From assembly GCA_950097015.1 (NCBI GenBank), contig CATNEN010000038.1, forward strand, positions 29,512,001-29,576,000: a stretch of 64,000 nucleotides of DNA. The letters are read 5' to 3'. Position 1 is the first letter of the stretch; each line of letters opens with the position of its first letter. The position numbers were made by a program, and so were the translations under genes. This DNA is from Macrostomum hystrix (Eukaryota; Animalia; Platyhelminthes). Shown one piece after another: positions 63,652-64,000 of this stretch. Below the pieces are notes generated by a model, which had not been told where the DNA came from, made no database searches, and saw only the letters and a program-made list of their open reading frames with translations.

Positions 63652-64000
63652 TGTTGTGATTTAATAGTTTCTATATGTACTGTATTTAATAGTTTCTATG
63701 TACTGTATTTTTCGGTGCACTTTCACAGTCGCGTTGCACTTTGAGTCGCCCCCCTGCCCCTTTCTTGCTCTGCGCCTGCCTGCCTATCAATTTCTCTCAC
63801 CCCTGGCGTCTGATTGGTTGAGCTAAGACGTTGCGTACCCCCGGTTATTGTCATCTTCCGTTCCTGCCCTCTCATTGGTTCGCGGCTCGCCCAGTTGTCT
63901 TATTGACCCTGCGTGATTGGCGAGGCTGCGACTGGTTCTCTCTCTTACTTTCTCTTACTTTCTCTCTCTACCCTGCAGCTTAGCCGTGATCGGGTATTAC
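63652..64000 (+). mobile_element. Probable start of an LTR truncating the satellite
   Basis: The satellite stops mid-unit and is followed by TGTTGTG, then a pyrimidine-rich stretch with three ATTGG boxes. Runs off the window. Confidence 0.4.

Overview
Eukaryotic (animal) genomic DNA with spliceosomal introns. The AT-rich background, GC-rich exons and dense 16-44 bp minisatellites resemble a free-living flatworm such as Macrostomum (inference only). Hand-spliced genes: the Pro/Gln-rich last exon of an unknown gene; a 6-exon single-domain hexokinase; a 3-exon caspase-fold protein lacking both catalytic residues; a 2-exon divergent BUD23/WBSCR22-like methyltransferase; SURF4; and two tandem 14-exon aldehyde-oxidase-like molybdo-flavoenzymes. 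Mobile DNA: two Crypton-type tyrosine-recombinase copies (one partly intact, one interrupted), a decayed piggyBac, three MITE/TIR elements and several LTR-like pieces. There are also about a dozen distinct minisatellites plus 71-bp and 176/177-bp satellites with higher-order structure. The most notable observations are (1) the pseudo-caspase, (2) the AOX pair, which is homogenised in patches (introns included) except around predicted substrate-pocket segments, and (3) introns filled with gene-specific minisatellites. All calls were made by eye; no database searches were run.
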